From IMG/VR virus record IMGVR_UViG_3300042484_003756, positions 8,760-72,759 of that record: a stretch of 64,000 nucleotides of DNA; one strand, 5' to 3'. Shown in pieces: positions 47,199 through 57,400 of this stretch. The translations under genes and the position numbers were made by a program. The notes beneath the pieces are model-generated. The model saw only the letters and a program-made list of their open reading frames with translations, was not told the origin of the DNA and made no database searches. Position 1 is the stretch's first letter, and every line of letters starts with the position of its first letter. Source of the stretch: a virus.

Positions 47199-49862
47199 AT
47201 GAAATTTGTATTCAACGATAGTTTAGCAGCTTCCGTATCAGTTAATGAAACAGAATTGACTGATATTCGTTTTGTGCCTAGTGGCATTATTCTAGAGAAA
47301 AAAATTGTCACTTCTGCAACCATAAATAATATTGATGAATTATATGATGCAGTTAAAGGTTTTAAAACAGAGGCAGAGTTAGAGAATTTTCTAAATACTA
47401 ATTCTGAAGCTCAATCTTTGTTGAAAGATAACAAAAATCTTGTTAAATTTACAAGAAAAATGTCTGGAATGTTTGGTAAAAATACTACAAATTCTGGAAA
47501 TGATCCAGTTTCAATGGCTACCAAAATTTTATCAGAGGGAGCAGAACAAGCTGGAGAACCTGGATCACGTTTTGCTCCTTATTTGTCATCTAAAGATCAG
47601 ATTATAGCAAGATTAAAACCATTTATGGCTGATAAACAAATTGGAGAGTTATTCTATAAGTTTGAAGAGGTAATCAAACTGCCTTTTACAGAAATTATAG
47701 GAATTTTAGAATATTGTATTCAGCAATCTAGAAGTTGTAATGCTAAAGTAAAAGATCTTATTGATTTCTATGCTGACCACTATTCTCAGAAACGTCAAGG
47801 CGCTAATACAAAAAGAATTATTGAAACTGCTTGTGAGTATCAAAAATTAAATCCAACAGTAGACATATTCTCTGTTCTTAAAGACGCAGTAAACGGGAAT
47901 CAACCAAAAGTTGGCCTTGGATATTTATCAAAAGATCCTGATGCACAACTTGTTTTTGATAACTTAATAATGCTTTCACAAGCAAGTCTTCCAGAACAAG
48001 ACGAAGAAATCAGAAGAAGATTCCAAGCAAGTAGGGACGCTTTACAAAACCAAGAACAAAAAGTAAATATGCAAAGAGCTATTTACGACATGATGAAAAC
48101 TGAAGAAATGAATCGCCAGCTTTCTAGAATGATCAAAAGCCTTGGTACTACATTTGAGTTCTTACTAACTCAACCTATGTATAGAGCTTTGAAAGATATG
48201 TTTTATAATTTGAATGCTGGAAAAATATTGATGAATCAAACATCAAGCATTTTTACAGGTGATACATCTCCAGAAAACAGAAGAGTCAAACCTAATGAAC
48301 AGCAAGCTGAAAATGAAAATGTATTCCCACAAATTCAAGAATCAAAACAACCTTTCTCATTCAATCAATATAGTTTTCTAAAATTAGCAAGCCCTGAAGT
48401 TTCTAGACATATTTTTGCACAAACAGCTCCCGTAGCAACACCAGAACAAAAAAAAGAAGCTCAAAGTGGATTGTCAAGGATTTTTCAATCATTAAAAGAC
48501 GTAGCAAATAAACTTATTCAATCGATTAAAGATAAATTGTCGCAAACAGGTCAAGCTATAAATAATGCGTGGCAAAATATTATTGGAAAAATAGTTAATT
48601 TCTTTAAAGCTTTAGAAAATGCAGTCAAAAGTTTACTTAGTAAAATTGGTTCAAACTCCATAACTTTTGATAGTGTTGCAGAGGCATTTAGTGGAGTTAT
48701 TGACATTTTAAAAGGTGGTAGTGGGTCAACAAATGCTTCATCAATTAAAATTATTAAAACAGCACAAAGAGATCCTCAGCAAGGAACAACATACGCTGGT
48801 GGAAGCAAAAGTAATCAATTCATTTTAAATGGAATTGGATTGGCTACTCAAATGGGTACATTTATTCTTGGAGCACTTTTTGCTCCAAGATTTCTTGCTG
48901 TGATGGACTGGGGCTCCGTAGTCAATTCAATCCTACCTTTGACTTCAATGTTTGTTGCAAATTTACAAGAATTTTTTTTACAAACAAATTTAGTTGGTAA
49001 AAATGCTCCTCAAAGCTCAATGTTTTTTGATCCAAAAACTGGAAAAATGACTCAACAAGGTTTGCAAATTATGGCAAACAATCAAGAAACAATGATTTCT
49101 TTAGGAATAGCTGATGAAGATGCTATGGCTTTGGGTAAATTTAGAGTTCAAAAACAAGAACTCATGTCTCAGTTATCAAAAAAAGAAAGTATTCTTGATC
49201 TTGCAGAAACGCAAACAGTTCAAACTGGTGGTGGCAATAAAGAAACCACTGTGGGCGATTTACCAGCTGATTTTCAAGTCAAAGTTAATGAATTTTTAAG
49301 TTTTTGTGAAAAAATTGAATTACAATTTAAAGCAGCCTTAAATATTTTTAGATCTGCTATTACTTTCAATCAAACAAATTACAATGATGTACAGAAAACA
49401 CAAGCTGAAGGCTTGTTAGCTGAATTTGAAAAAGACTTGAAAGAAGTTCAGGCTAAAATTTCAGAATGGTCCAGTCAGAAGAAAATAGCTGGACATCTAA
49501 TGCGAAAAAGAATTTTACTGCAAAAATTAAAACCATTGCAAACTCAATTAGACACAATGAAAAAATTGGGCATTCCAATGTCAAATATTATCGCTTCACC
49601 AAATGGAATTCTTGCTCAAGTTGGCAGAATTAGATATGAAGAGCAACAAGCATTAGATAAATTAAGAAACGAATATCAAGAAAAAATGCAACTCTTGAAG
49701 AACCCAGATATCATCGCTCCAATGATGAAATACCCAACTGACACTGGAGTTACTAAATTGCCTGAGAGTCCAGATCAAACAGATTCAAATAGATCTCCTT
49801 TTGATGCTCCTGAAGATTCACAATTTAGTTCAAAAGAAGAATTCAATACTGGAGCAATATAA
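47199..49862 (+). CDS. Large helical/coiled-coil protein, candidate internal virion (ejection) protein
   Basis: 887 aa, Q/K/E-rich helices, KLAS and KTAQ motifs and one long hydrophobic segment. Confidence 0.5.
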   Translation: MKFVFNDSLAASVSVNETELTDIRFVPSGIILEKKIVTSATINNIDELYDAVKGFKTEAELENFLNTNSEAQSLLKDNKNLVKFTRKMSGMFGKNTTNSGNDPVSMATKILSEGAEQAGEPGSRFAPYLSSKDQIIARLKPFMADKQIGELFYKFEEVIKLPFTEIIGILEYCIQQSRSCNAKVKDLIDFYADHYSQKRQGANTKRIIETACEYQKLNPTVDIFSVLKDAVNGNQPKVGLGYLSKDPDAQLVFDNLIMLSQASLPEQDEEIRRRFQASRDALQNQEQKVNMQRAIYDMMKTEEMNRQLSRMIKSLGTTFEFLLTQPMYRALKDMFYNLNAGKILMNQTSSIFTGDTSPENRRVKPNEQQAENENVFPQIQESKQPFSFNQYSFLKLASPEVSRHIFAQTAPVATPEQKKEAQSGLSRIFQSLKDVANKLIQSIKDKLSQTGQAINNAWQNIIGKIVNFFKALENAVKSLLSKIGSNSITFDSVAEAFSGVIDILKGGSGSTNASSIKIIKTAQRDPQQGTTYAGGSKSNQFILNGIGLATQMGTFILGALFAPRFLAVMDWGSVVNSILPLTSMFVANLQEFFLQTNLVGKNAPQSSMFFDPKTGKMTQQGLQIMANNQETMISLGIADEDAMALGKFRVQKQELMSQLSKKESILDLAETQTVQTGGGNKETTVGDLPADFQVKVNEFLSFCEKIELQFKAALNIFRSAITFNQTNYNDVQKTQAEGLLAEFEKDLKEVQAKISEWSSQKKIAGHLMRKRILLQKLKPLQTQLDTMKKLGIPMSNIIASPNGILAQVGRIRYEEQQALDKLRNEYQEKMQLLKNPDIIAPMMKYPTDTGVTKLPESPDQTDSNRSPFDAPEDSQFSSKEEFNTGAI

Positions 49863-50515
49863 TGTTTAGAAAAATTACATCTCAGATTGAAATTTATCCT
49901 GACTACACTCCAACTTTATCTAGATCTGATTTTGACAAAAATGAATCAAAAATTGATTTAGAAATTAAGAATATTGAAAAAAAATATCCTTTAAATCAAC
50001 AAATAGCAGTAAATGTTAACTTTAATAATAAAGAACAAAATCTTGAAGATTATTTAAAATTATTAAAACAACAAAAAGCTGATATGGAAGAAAAGAAAAA
50101 CGTTGGTGAAATGTATGATAATTCTTTATTTCAAAATATTGGTAGCAAAAATGTTGAGGTTTCTACTGAAGAAAGCCGTGAAAGGTTAAAAAAAGATATA
50201 GCTGCTCTTGAAAAACAGATTCAAGTAAGAGAACAAACATTAGCAGAAATTGACAATTATGTTGTTACTTTGCTTACTGGAGAAATAGCACAATTGAGTA
50301 TTGCACATACTAATGCAAAGTTTATCAAAATTGCTAATCAACCATCTGAAGAAGAAGTATTAGAACCTGTTGAAGATTATTTTGACAAACTTTATGATAA
50401 TACTCCTGGTAGCCCAAATTACGGGAAGTTAATGACTCACCCTGAAAAGCACAGAAATGAATTATCAACAGAAGCGCAAGTTGAAAATTCAAAACCAAAG
50501 TTCAAAAAGAAATAA
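49862..50515 (+). CDS. Hypothetical coiled-coil protein
   Basis: 217 aa; start overlaps the upstream stop (TAATG); contains a KIAN motif. Confidence 0.65.
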   Translation: MFRKITSQIEIYPDYTPTLSRSDFDKNESKIDLEIKNIEKKYPLNQQIAVNVNFNNKEQNLEDYLKLLKQQKADMEEKKNVGEMYDNSLFQNIGSKNVEVSTEESRERLKKDIAALEKQIQVREQTLAEIDNYVVTLLTGEIAQLSIAHTNAKFIKIANQPSEEEVLEPVEDYFDKLYDNTPGSPNYGKLMTHPEKHRNELSTEAQVENSKPKFKKK

Positions 50516-50522
50516 TCTTCTT

Positions 50523-50528
50523 TACAAT
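50523..50528 (+). promoter_or_regulatory. -10 element (TACAAT), putative leaderless promoter
   Basis: TACAAT-taattt-ATG(50535); no SD. Confidence 0.45.
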
Positions 50529-50534
50529 TAATTT

Positions 50535-53500
50535 ATGTTAGACATTGATTTTATCGAATATGATAAAATTTCAATTCATTCAGACGCATTTATTACGTCA
50601 GCTGAATTAAATTGTTATTTTCAGTATATACCGTCCACTAAAGCAATTTCTTATAATATCAAGAAAGAATTGCATACTGCTGGTACGACTGAAGATCCAG
50701 ATGATTATAAAATTCCCGATGTTTCAAGTAAAATTCTTCCAAGAAAGCTTTACCGTATTAATCCATTTCATACTAATTATTCTGAAAATTTAGAATTAAA
50801 TAAAGTAAATACTGACCCAGATATTATATATCCGACACAAATAAAAGAGCGCAAAGAAAAAATAATTGATTACAGTTCTTTAGGACTGAACTCTGATCAA
50901 ATTGAATTTATGCAAGCCCTTCAAAGTCTAAAATCTTTCAAAACAGATGACTCAATTAAACAATTAAATATTGAACAGTTTGAATCAGTTGATGAAAGAG
51001 TGATGAATGGATTTTTTCAACTATATCCAAGATTCATGGAGATGCTTTCTACTGGGGTAAGTACTGGATCGTTCAATCAGTTCTTTGAAGATACAGAAAC
51101 TTCAGAGTCTAATAATGAAAATCAAGCACTTATAAATGAGAACATCAAAAGATTGGGTTTTAATCCAGGTGAAGTCACAGTAAAAAAAAAATTTGAAGTA
51201 AGACCAGGTAATGCTTTAAAAAATGAAGTCAACGCTTATCTTCAAGACATATCTCTCACAAACAATGAATCAAATAAATCATTTAGCGTGAGTAACAATT
51301 CTACTACAAATCTAAATCAAATAAATTTACAAAATAATAATAAAATTGATTTACAAGTAAGATCATCTAAAACAGTTAACAACATAAGTACTGCTAACAA
51401 TACTGATTTTAATTTTATCAACAATACTAATAGAACTGTCAATCAACAAATAACTAATTTAAGTAAGTTTTCTGAAGCTACTAAGATTGATTTTGAAAAT
51501 TTATATAAATCTTTTTTGAAAGATTTGAACATTACGCCTAATATTGAAAATCAATTCTTTAAGATAATCAACCAGCATAGTAAAAACTTAAGTATTGAGT
51601 TTAACAGAATACTCAATCACTCTGAAAAAACTGTCTACGAAACCAATCTTAAGAACTTATCAACTTCTTACAATTTTTATAGACATATTGAAAATAGATA
51701 CAGAGAATTTATTCAAAACTTAAACTTCTTCAATGATACAGTCCAGCAAATTAAGCAAACTGAAATCAATCTTAAAAACACATATCAAAATATTCACAGA
51801 CACAGTGTAACTCATAAAAATAACCATTTTAAAAATATTGTTAATCTTACTAAAAATATCAATTATGAATACACTGCAAATGATTATGAATTTCAGTATG
51901 CAGTTTTAAAAACAATTAAAAATAGTAATCAATATGTTGAGAACAAGATAACTAAAATCAAAAATGATTTAAATGTAGCTCAGCAAAATATTTCTTTTGT
52001 TCACCATAGAATGGTCCATATTCAAGAAAAGACAAATAATTACGTAGCAAAAGAAATCAAAAATGTTTTGAACAACACTGAATATATTGACGAATACTCA
52101 AATATCATAGTTAACAAAATTAGCAACATATCCAACAATCAAACAGTAAGAGCTTTACTATCTTTAGTCACAAACGAAGAACAATTAAGAAATATTTACA
52201 CAGTATTGAAGCAAAGTAATATCAATACTTCTAACATTAAAAATCTAGTTGATGTTTTAAATTATTCTAAAAATAATAATTTAGAAATTACTAAAGTATC
52301 AAGCTCTACAGTTGAAAATATTAAAAATCTTGTTAATGTTTCTAAAAATGTTGTTTCTTTTGATAACACTGAAAACCAGATACTTAATAAATTATCTTCA
52401 TTAAATATCACTCAAGAACTAAAATCTTTTGTCAATTTATCAGAAAGTAAATCGTTCACTAGAATTGCGCAAAGTTACAAAAATATTTCAAATGTAATTG
52501 AAAACTTAAATACAACTTCAATAAATCCTAAATTGTCTTCAATTCGTGTGGACCAAAAAAATGTTGAAAATTTCAATCAAATAATTAATAAATCTAATTT
52601 TGGATTTGTAGTAGAAAAACTGTCAAACTTTAATACAGAAAATATTACAGAAAAAATTAATTTACTTAAAAACATCAACGTCACTCAAGATATTAAAAAA
52701 ACAGAAAATTTAGTAAGAAAAGTTACTAGGCTGGCAAGATACAACAACGTAAATCAAGTTACAGAAAATCTTGAAAATTTAATAACACAAGAAAACAATA
52801 TAAGCACAACAGAATTCAAAACAGAAATTCAAAACTTAAAGAATTTAATAAATGTTTCAAAAAGTATAGATATTTCTAAAATTGATAATGTCAAGATTTC
52901 TCAAATTAGTTTAATATCTGAAAATATTGAAAAACTTTCTAAAATAAATCAAGTAAACAATTTGACAGAAGAACATATTGAAGTTGTTAAGAAGATTAGT
53001 CAACTGGAAAATGTTACACAGAAAAAAATCAATCAAGTTGAAAATATTATCAATCTTACAAATAAAACTGATTTATCTAATGTGAAATTATCATCTATAA
53101 ATCAAATTACAGAAATTATTCAAAAGGTTTCTAATTTTGAAAATAAAGATTTATTGAATATTGTAAACTTGACAAAGACTGTGCAAGAAAGAAAAATCTA
53201 CAATAGAATTTCCAATCTTATCAAAAATGTAGAAGTTCTGGATACTGTCAATGTAACTCAAGAAACTGCTCAGAATATTTCTAAGATTTCCAATACTAAT
53301 AATATCAATCAAATTACTAAAGATTTAAACTTAATTTCTCAAAATTACAGAGAATTTAAAACTAGCGTCCAACAAATAAATAAGATTTCACAAGTCAAAA
53401 ATGTTGATCAAATAGTAAAGAATTTAAACTTTATAAACAATGTTATCCAAGAAAATAATGTTGTAAATCGTGTAAGTAAAATAGATCAAAAAGACTTTAT

Positions 53501-54452
53501 TACTGCCATCAATTTGAGTAAGAATTACATTCAATCTTTCAACAGATTTGAAAGCAAGATAAGCAATATTTCTCAAAGACAAAAGATTAGAGAAACTTTA
53601 CAAGATATCAATGTTACTAATAATGTCCAGAACAATTCTGTGTTGCAAGTTACTAACAAAACTCAAAAGGTCCAGCTTCAAGAATTTATTCATAATTTAA
53701 ATTTATTAGAAACTGAGAAGAATACTACGATCTTAAATCGTTATAGTTTTGAAAGCAATAAAAAGAATATTTCTAACTTATTTTCTGAGTTAAACGTTAC
53801 TCAACAAATCAAACAAGAGAAGAGAACTGAGCGTGAATTTGCCCGTATTTCCAAGCGTTTAGAAAAAATGAATAGAGAGACCATCAAGGTTCAGGGAAAT
53901 TCATATAAAGTAGAACAAAATTTCTTTGATATGATGAATTTCTATAATGAGCAAAAAGTAACAAAGACAAGTAAAGATAGAAAAGTTAGTAATTTTATTC
54001 AGTTACTAGATGTCTTGAATATTCAAAAAACTACTAATGAACGCAAAGTTACTCAAAAGATTCAAAAGATTGAGCAGACACAAAATCGCATTGTAAATAA
54101 TACTTCTCAAATTAAAATTGATGTTTACAAAGAGAAGAAAGATAATTATTACAAAGTAGATAATCGTCAAACTTTCACTACAAATAATTATCACCAAGAG
54201 AAAGAAGAGCAGAAAAAGACAGAAAAGATAGTTGAAAACAAAGTAGAAGAGTTGCTTGTCAAGAAAATTGAAAATGTAACAAATAATTTAGTGTCCAATG
54301 TCATCACTAAAAATGAATTCCACACTATTAAAAAAGAAATAATCCAAGAAATTTACAACATAGAAATGAAGACAGAAGAACGAATCAAAGAGCTGCGTAA
54401 GGAAACCCAGCAGACTGTACAAACTATGTTAGATAGATTCCTGAGAAGTTAA
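50535..54452 (+). CDS. 1305-aa Asn/Ile/Lys/Gln-rich low-complexity protein
   Basis: Uninterrupted 3.9-kb ORF. The last ~1000 aa are almost devoid of G, P, C and W and contain imperfect NIKNLVNVSK-like repeats. Confidence 0.75.
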   Translation: MLDIDFIEYDKISIHSDAFITSAELNCYFQYIPSTKAISYNIKKELHTAGTTEDPDDYKIPDVSSKILPRKLYRINPFHTNYSENLELNKVNTDPDIIYPTQIKERKEKIIDYSSLGLNSDQIEFMQALQSLKSFKTDDSIKQLNIEQFESVDERVMNGFFQLYPRFMEMLSTGVSTGSFNQFFEDTETSESNNENQALINENIKRLGFNPGEVTVKKKFEVRPGNALKNEVNAYLQDISLTNNESNKSFSVSNNSTTNLNQINLQNNNKIDLQVRSSKTVNNISTANNTDFNFINNTNRTVNQQITNLSKFSEATKIDFENLYKSFLKDLNITPNIENQFFKIINQHSKNLSIEFNRILNHSEKTVYETNLKNLSTSYNFYRHIENRYREFIQNLNFFNDTVQQIKQTEINLKNTYQNIHRHSVTHKNNHFKNIVNLTKNINYEYTANDYEFQYAVLKTIKNSNQYVENKITKIKNDLNVAQQNISFVHHRMVHIQEKTNNYVAKEIKNVLNNTEYIDEYSNIIVNKISNISNNQTVRALLSLVTNEEQLRNIYTVLKQSNINTSNIKNLVDVLNYSKNNNLEITKVSSSTVENIKNLVNVSKNVVSFDNTENQILNKLSSLNITQELKSFVNLSESKSFTRIAQSYKNISNVIENLNTTSINPKLSSIRVDQKNVENFNQIINKSNFGFVVEKLSNFNTENITEKINLLKNINVTQDIKKTENLVRKVTRLARYNNVNQVTENLENLITQENNISTTEFKTEIQNLKNLINVSKSIDISKIDNVKISQISLISENIEKLSKINQVNNLTEEHIEVVKKISQLENVTQKKINQVENIINLTNKTDLSNVKLSSINQITEIIQKVSNFENKDLLNIVNLTKTVQERKIYNRISNLIKNVEVLDTVNVTQETAQNISKISNTNNINQITKDLNLISQNYREFKTSVQQINKISQVKNVDQIVKNLNFINNVIQENNVVNRVSKIDQKDFITAINLSKNYIQSFNRFESKISNISQRQKIRETLQDINVTNNVQNNSVLQVTNKTQKVQLQEFIHNLNLLETEKNTTILNRYSFESNKKNISNLFSELNVTQQIKQEKRTEREFARISKRLEKMNRETIKVQGNSYKVEQNFFDMMNFYNEQKVTKTSKDRKVSNFIQLLDVLNIQKTTNERKVTQKIQKIEQTQNRIVNNTSQIKIDVYKEKKDNYYKVDNRQTFTTNNYHQEKEEQKKTEKIVENKVEELLVKKIENVTNNLVSNVITKNEFHTIKKEIIQEIYNIEMKTEERIKELRKETQQTVQTMLDRFLRS

Positions 54453-54455
54453 TAA

Positions 54456-57400
54456 ATGGCCACTTATAAAACAGACAGAGATAGAAATTATGGATTTGTA
54501 GGTAAATTCAAGTTTAACTATACTGTTAGGTTTGATGACCAAGGCGCAATCATTGATTTTGGAAGAGTTTCTGTATTGGCCGGGGCTTATATCATTTTTA
54601 GGCAAGGTTTAGAATTTACTGCAGAAATATCTATAGGCAGAGCGTTTCCAGGCTCTGTAGCAGATTCCATTTCAGATGGTGGCGGTTTCAATTGGTTTGG
54701 AGAAACCGCAGATAGATTTAAACTAACAATACCAATTTACAAGCTTGGAGACAATTTTGGCAATAAAATACCTCTTTTGTTTAAACTTAAAGGCACAGGA
54801 GTTGATTTACGAGGCTCATTTATTTTAGATGTTCAACCACCAAAAGATGAAAATATAGATAGTTTTTTTAATATAGGTGGATCAAATATTAATAATCTTG
54901 GAAAAAGATATTACAGAGATATATCTGGAACAGTTGAAGGATATATTTATAAAGGCAACCCATTGCTAGAAATGGTTGAAATTCTTGAACACTATCCATT
55001 AAAAGAAAACAGAGTACCCAATACTTGTCAAACAACAAATCAAGTATGGAATCCAGAAGAACTCACAGAAAAAACTGTAAGACAATGGCCAAAATATACT
55101 ACTTTAAATTGGTTTGAAACTATTGATTTTTCAAAAAAAGCAAGAGTTGGTATATACATTATTCACACTAAATCAAATGGACAAACAAGTAGATTTAGTA
55201 AGTTTCAAGATTATGCGCCAGATTCTTTTGAAAGAGTTTTTTACGGTGTGTCTAAAACTGCCTATGCTTGGCAATCATTAGATCGCAGCGGTGCATCTAT
55301 ACCTACAAGTGGATACATAAAAGTTGGCGGCAATGTAAATTACACTGATTATACGATACCACCACTTGTAAGTCCTAACGGGACAGTAACAGAAGATACT
55401 TGGGATTTAAAATCAGATTCAAATTGGAAAGGAAAGGCTAAAATATCATTATATCAAGAACCAAGTAGGAATGTAACTTTTGATTCACAGATTTATAATT
55501 GGGATAAACCTTACACAGATTATCTCAAAGGATATATTGCAGGCTTTAAGAGTGAGGGAAAAAGAGAAGAGAAAAATTTTGAGTGTAAAAACAAAAAAAT
55601 AGTCATACCCACATTTGAAACAGTTGAAACAAGAAGTGGAAAAATTTCAGGAAGTCAAACTTATGTAACTTATACAGTCGAAGAAATTTTCTTGACAGCT
55701 GACAATAGAACCACTCGAGAACAGATTTTATTGTCCTCGCCAATTATTGACTTCAGTAATCAACAGAAATGGATTTTTGGAGCTATTGATAGAAGAACTG
55801 CACCAGAAGAATTTGACACATTACTCAGCCCTACTAAGTATATGGATTATCCTGAAAAATTTGTTAGGTTAACTTGTGGTTGCCAGGACATTAATGAAGA
55901 ATCTCGTTTCAGAACTTTAGATTTTGATGAAGATTTTTTTGGTTGCGCTCCTATTCCTTTAAGAGGTTGGAAGTTCAATGCTATGACATTGAAGCAAAAT
56001 CAAACCCTTAAAATTCCAGGAGAGTCAAATTCTAGAACTTTTACTGGAGATACAAATAATCCGAAATATTATGGTGATTTGAATCTATCTGGATTTAGAT
56101 ATTTAAAAATTAAAGCAAGATCAAAAAATAATGACAGCCAATCTGCTAACTTACAAATATTTGAAATTGCTAAAGGTCCTAAGCAAAATCAAAATACTAT
56201 TGTTGAAAATGAAAAATCTTTTTTAGTAAATACTAATTCAGATAAATTTTCATCATTGACCATAGACCTTTGTAATCCAGATAATAAAATAGATTTTGTA
56301 GACAATCAAGACAGCCCTTATCCGAGACTTAATACATATACTACTTCGGTTCCTTCAGTATCTTACAATCTTGGATTTTTATCAGCAGAAAACAAGCCAA
56401 AAGATGATTTTCTGATTACAAAACCTGCTTTAGACAGGGAGTCAGATAATTGGATAAATGATGATATCAAAAAAAGTATAAGCAATTCAGGTTTTGTTTA
56501 CATTTCAAATGACTCTGATGCAACAATAGATTATTTTGAAGTTGATCCAAGAAGATTTCCGAAAGCTGGTGTTGGAACAAATATAATTTTTGGCAGACCA
56601 AGAATTATCAATGGAAAAATAAAACTTGCTAAATATTGGAATCCTCAAGAAATAGGCAATGATCCAGACTACAGAAAGACTTTATATCTTTATGTACCAA
56701 AAAATGATTTAACTAAAGATAAGACTATTTACAAACTTTTAAATCAAAGTGAAGATAAAACTTTTCCAGATGAATTTGAAATTTTTGATTATGCTTATAA
56801 TTTTCCAGACATTACAGATGTAGTAGCTAGAGTTACGAGCAAATTTGTAGATGGAAACAATACTATTTTTATTACAAACATTTCAGCTTATGATAAAAAC
56901 CAAGATTTACCATATGATGCAATTCAAGTTGAAAATACACAGGGCATCACAAAAAAATATAAAATTTTCGATTATGTAAATTCAGTTGATTTTAGTTCTG
57001 CATATTTCACTTTGCAAACAACGGGACAATTTGATCAAAATTTAATTTTTAATGTAAATGCAAGTATTAAATTAACATTTTTTGATCAGACTACGGACGA
57101 TACATTTAATTCAATAGTTGTAAAGTTTGCAAAAGTTGAGAGATTCAATGATGTGTACAAAGCAACTTTAGAATATGCGAAATATGATAAAAATAGTGAA
57201 CCAAATTTCGATGGCATTCCAATAACAACAACTAATGGAAGAGAAAATATTTTTTCCAATAATGCACCTGTAATTACTGTAAATCCTGTAAGACTCAATG
57301 AATATATATTTCCAAAAGATTCACTACTAAGAACAAGAATATCTCCAAGCAACACTGGAAATGAAGTTACTGCAATTGATGATTATCCTCAAGATGAAGT

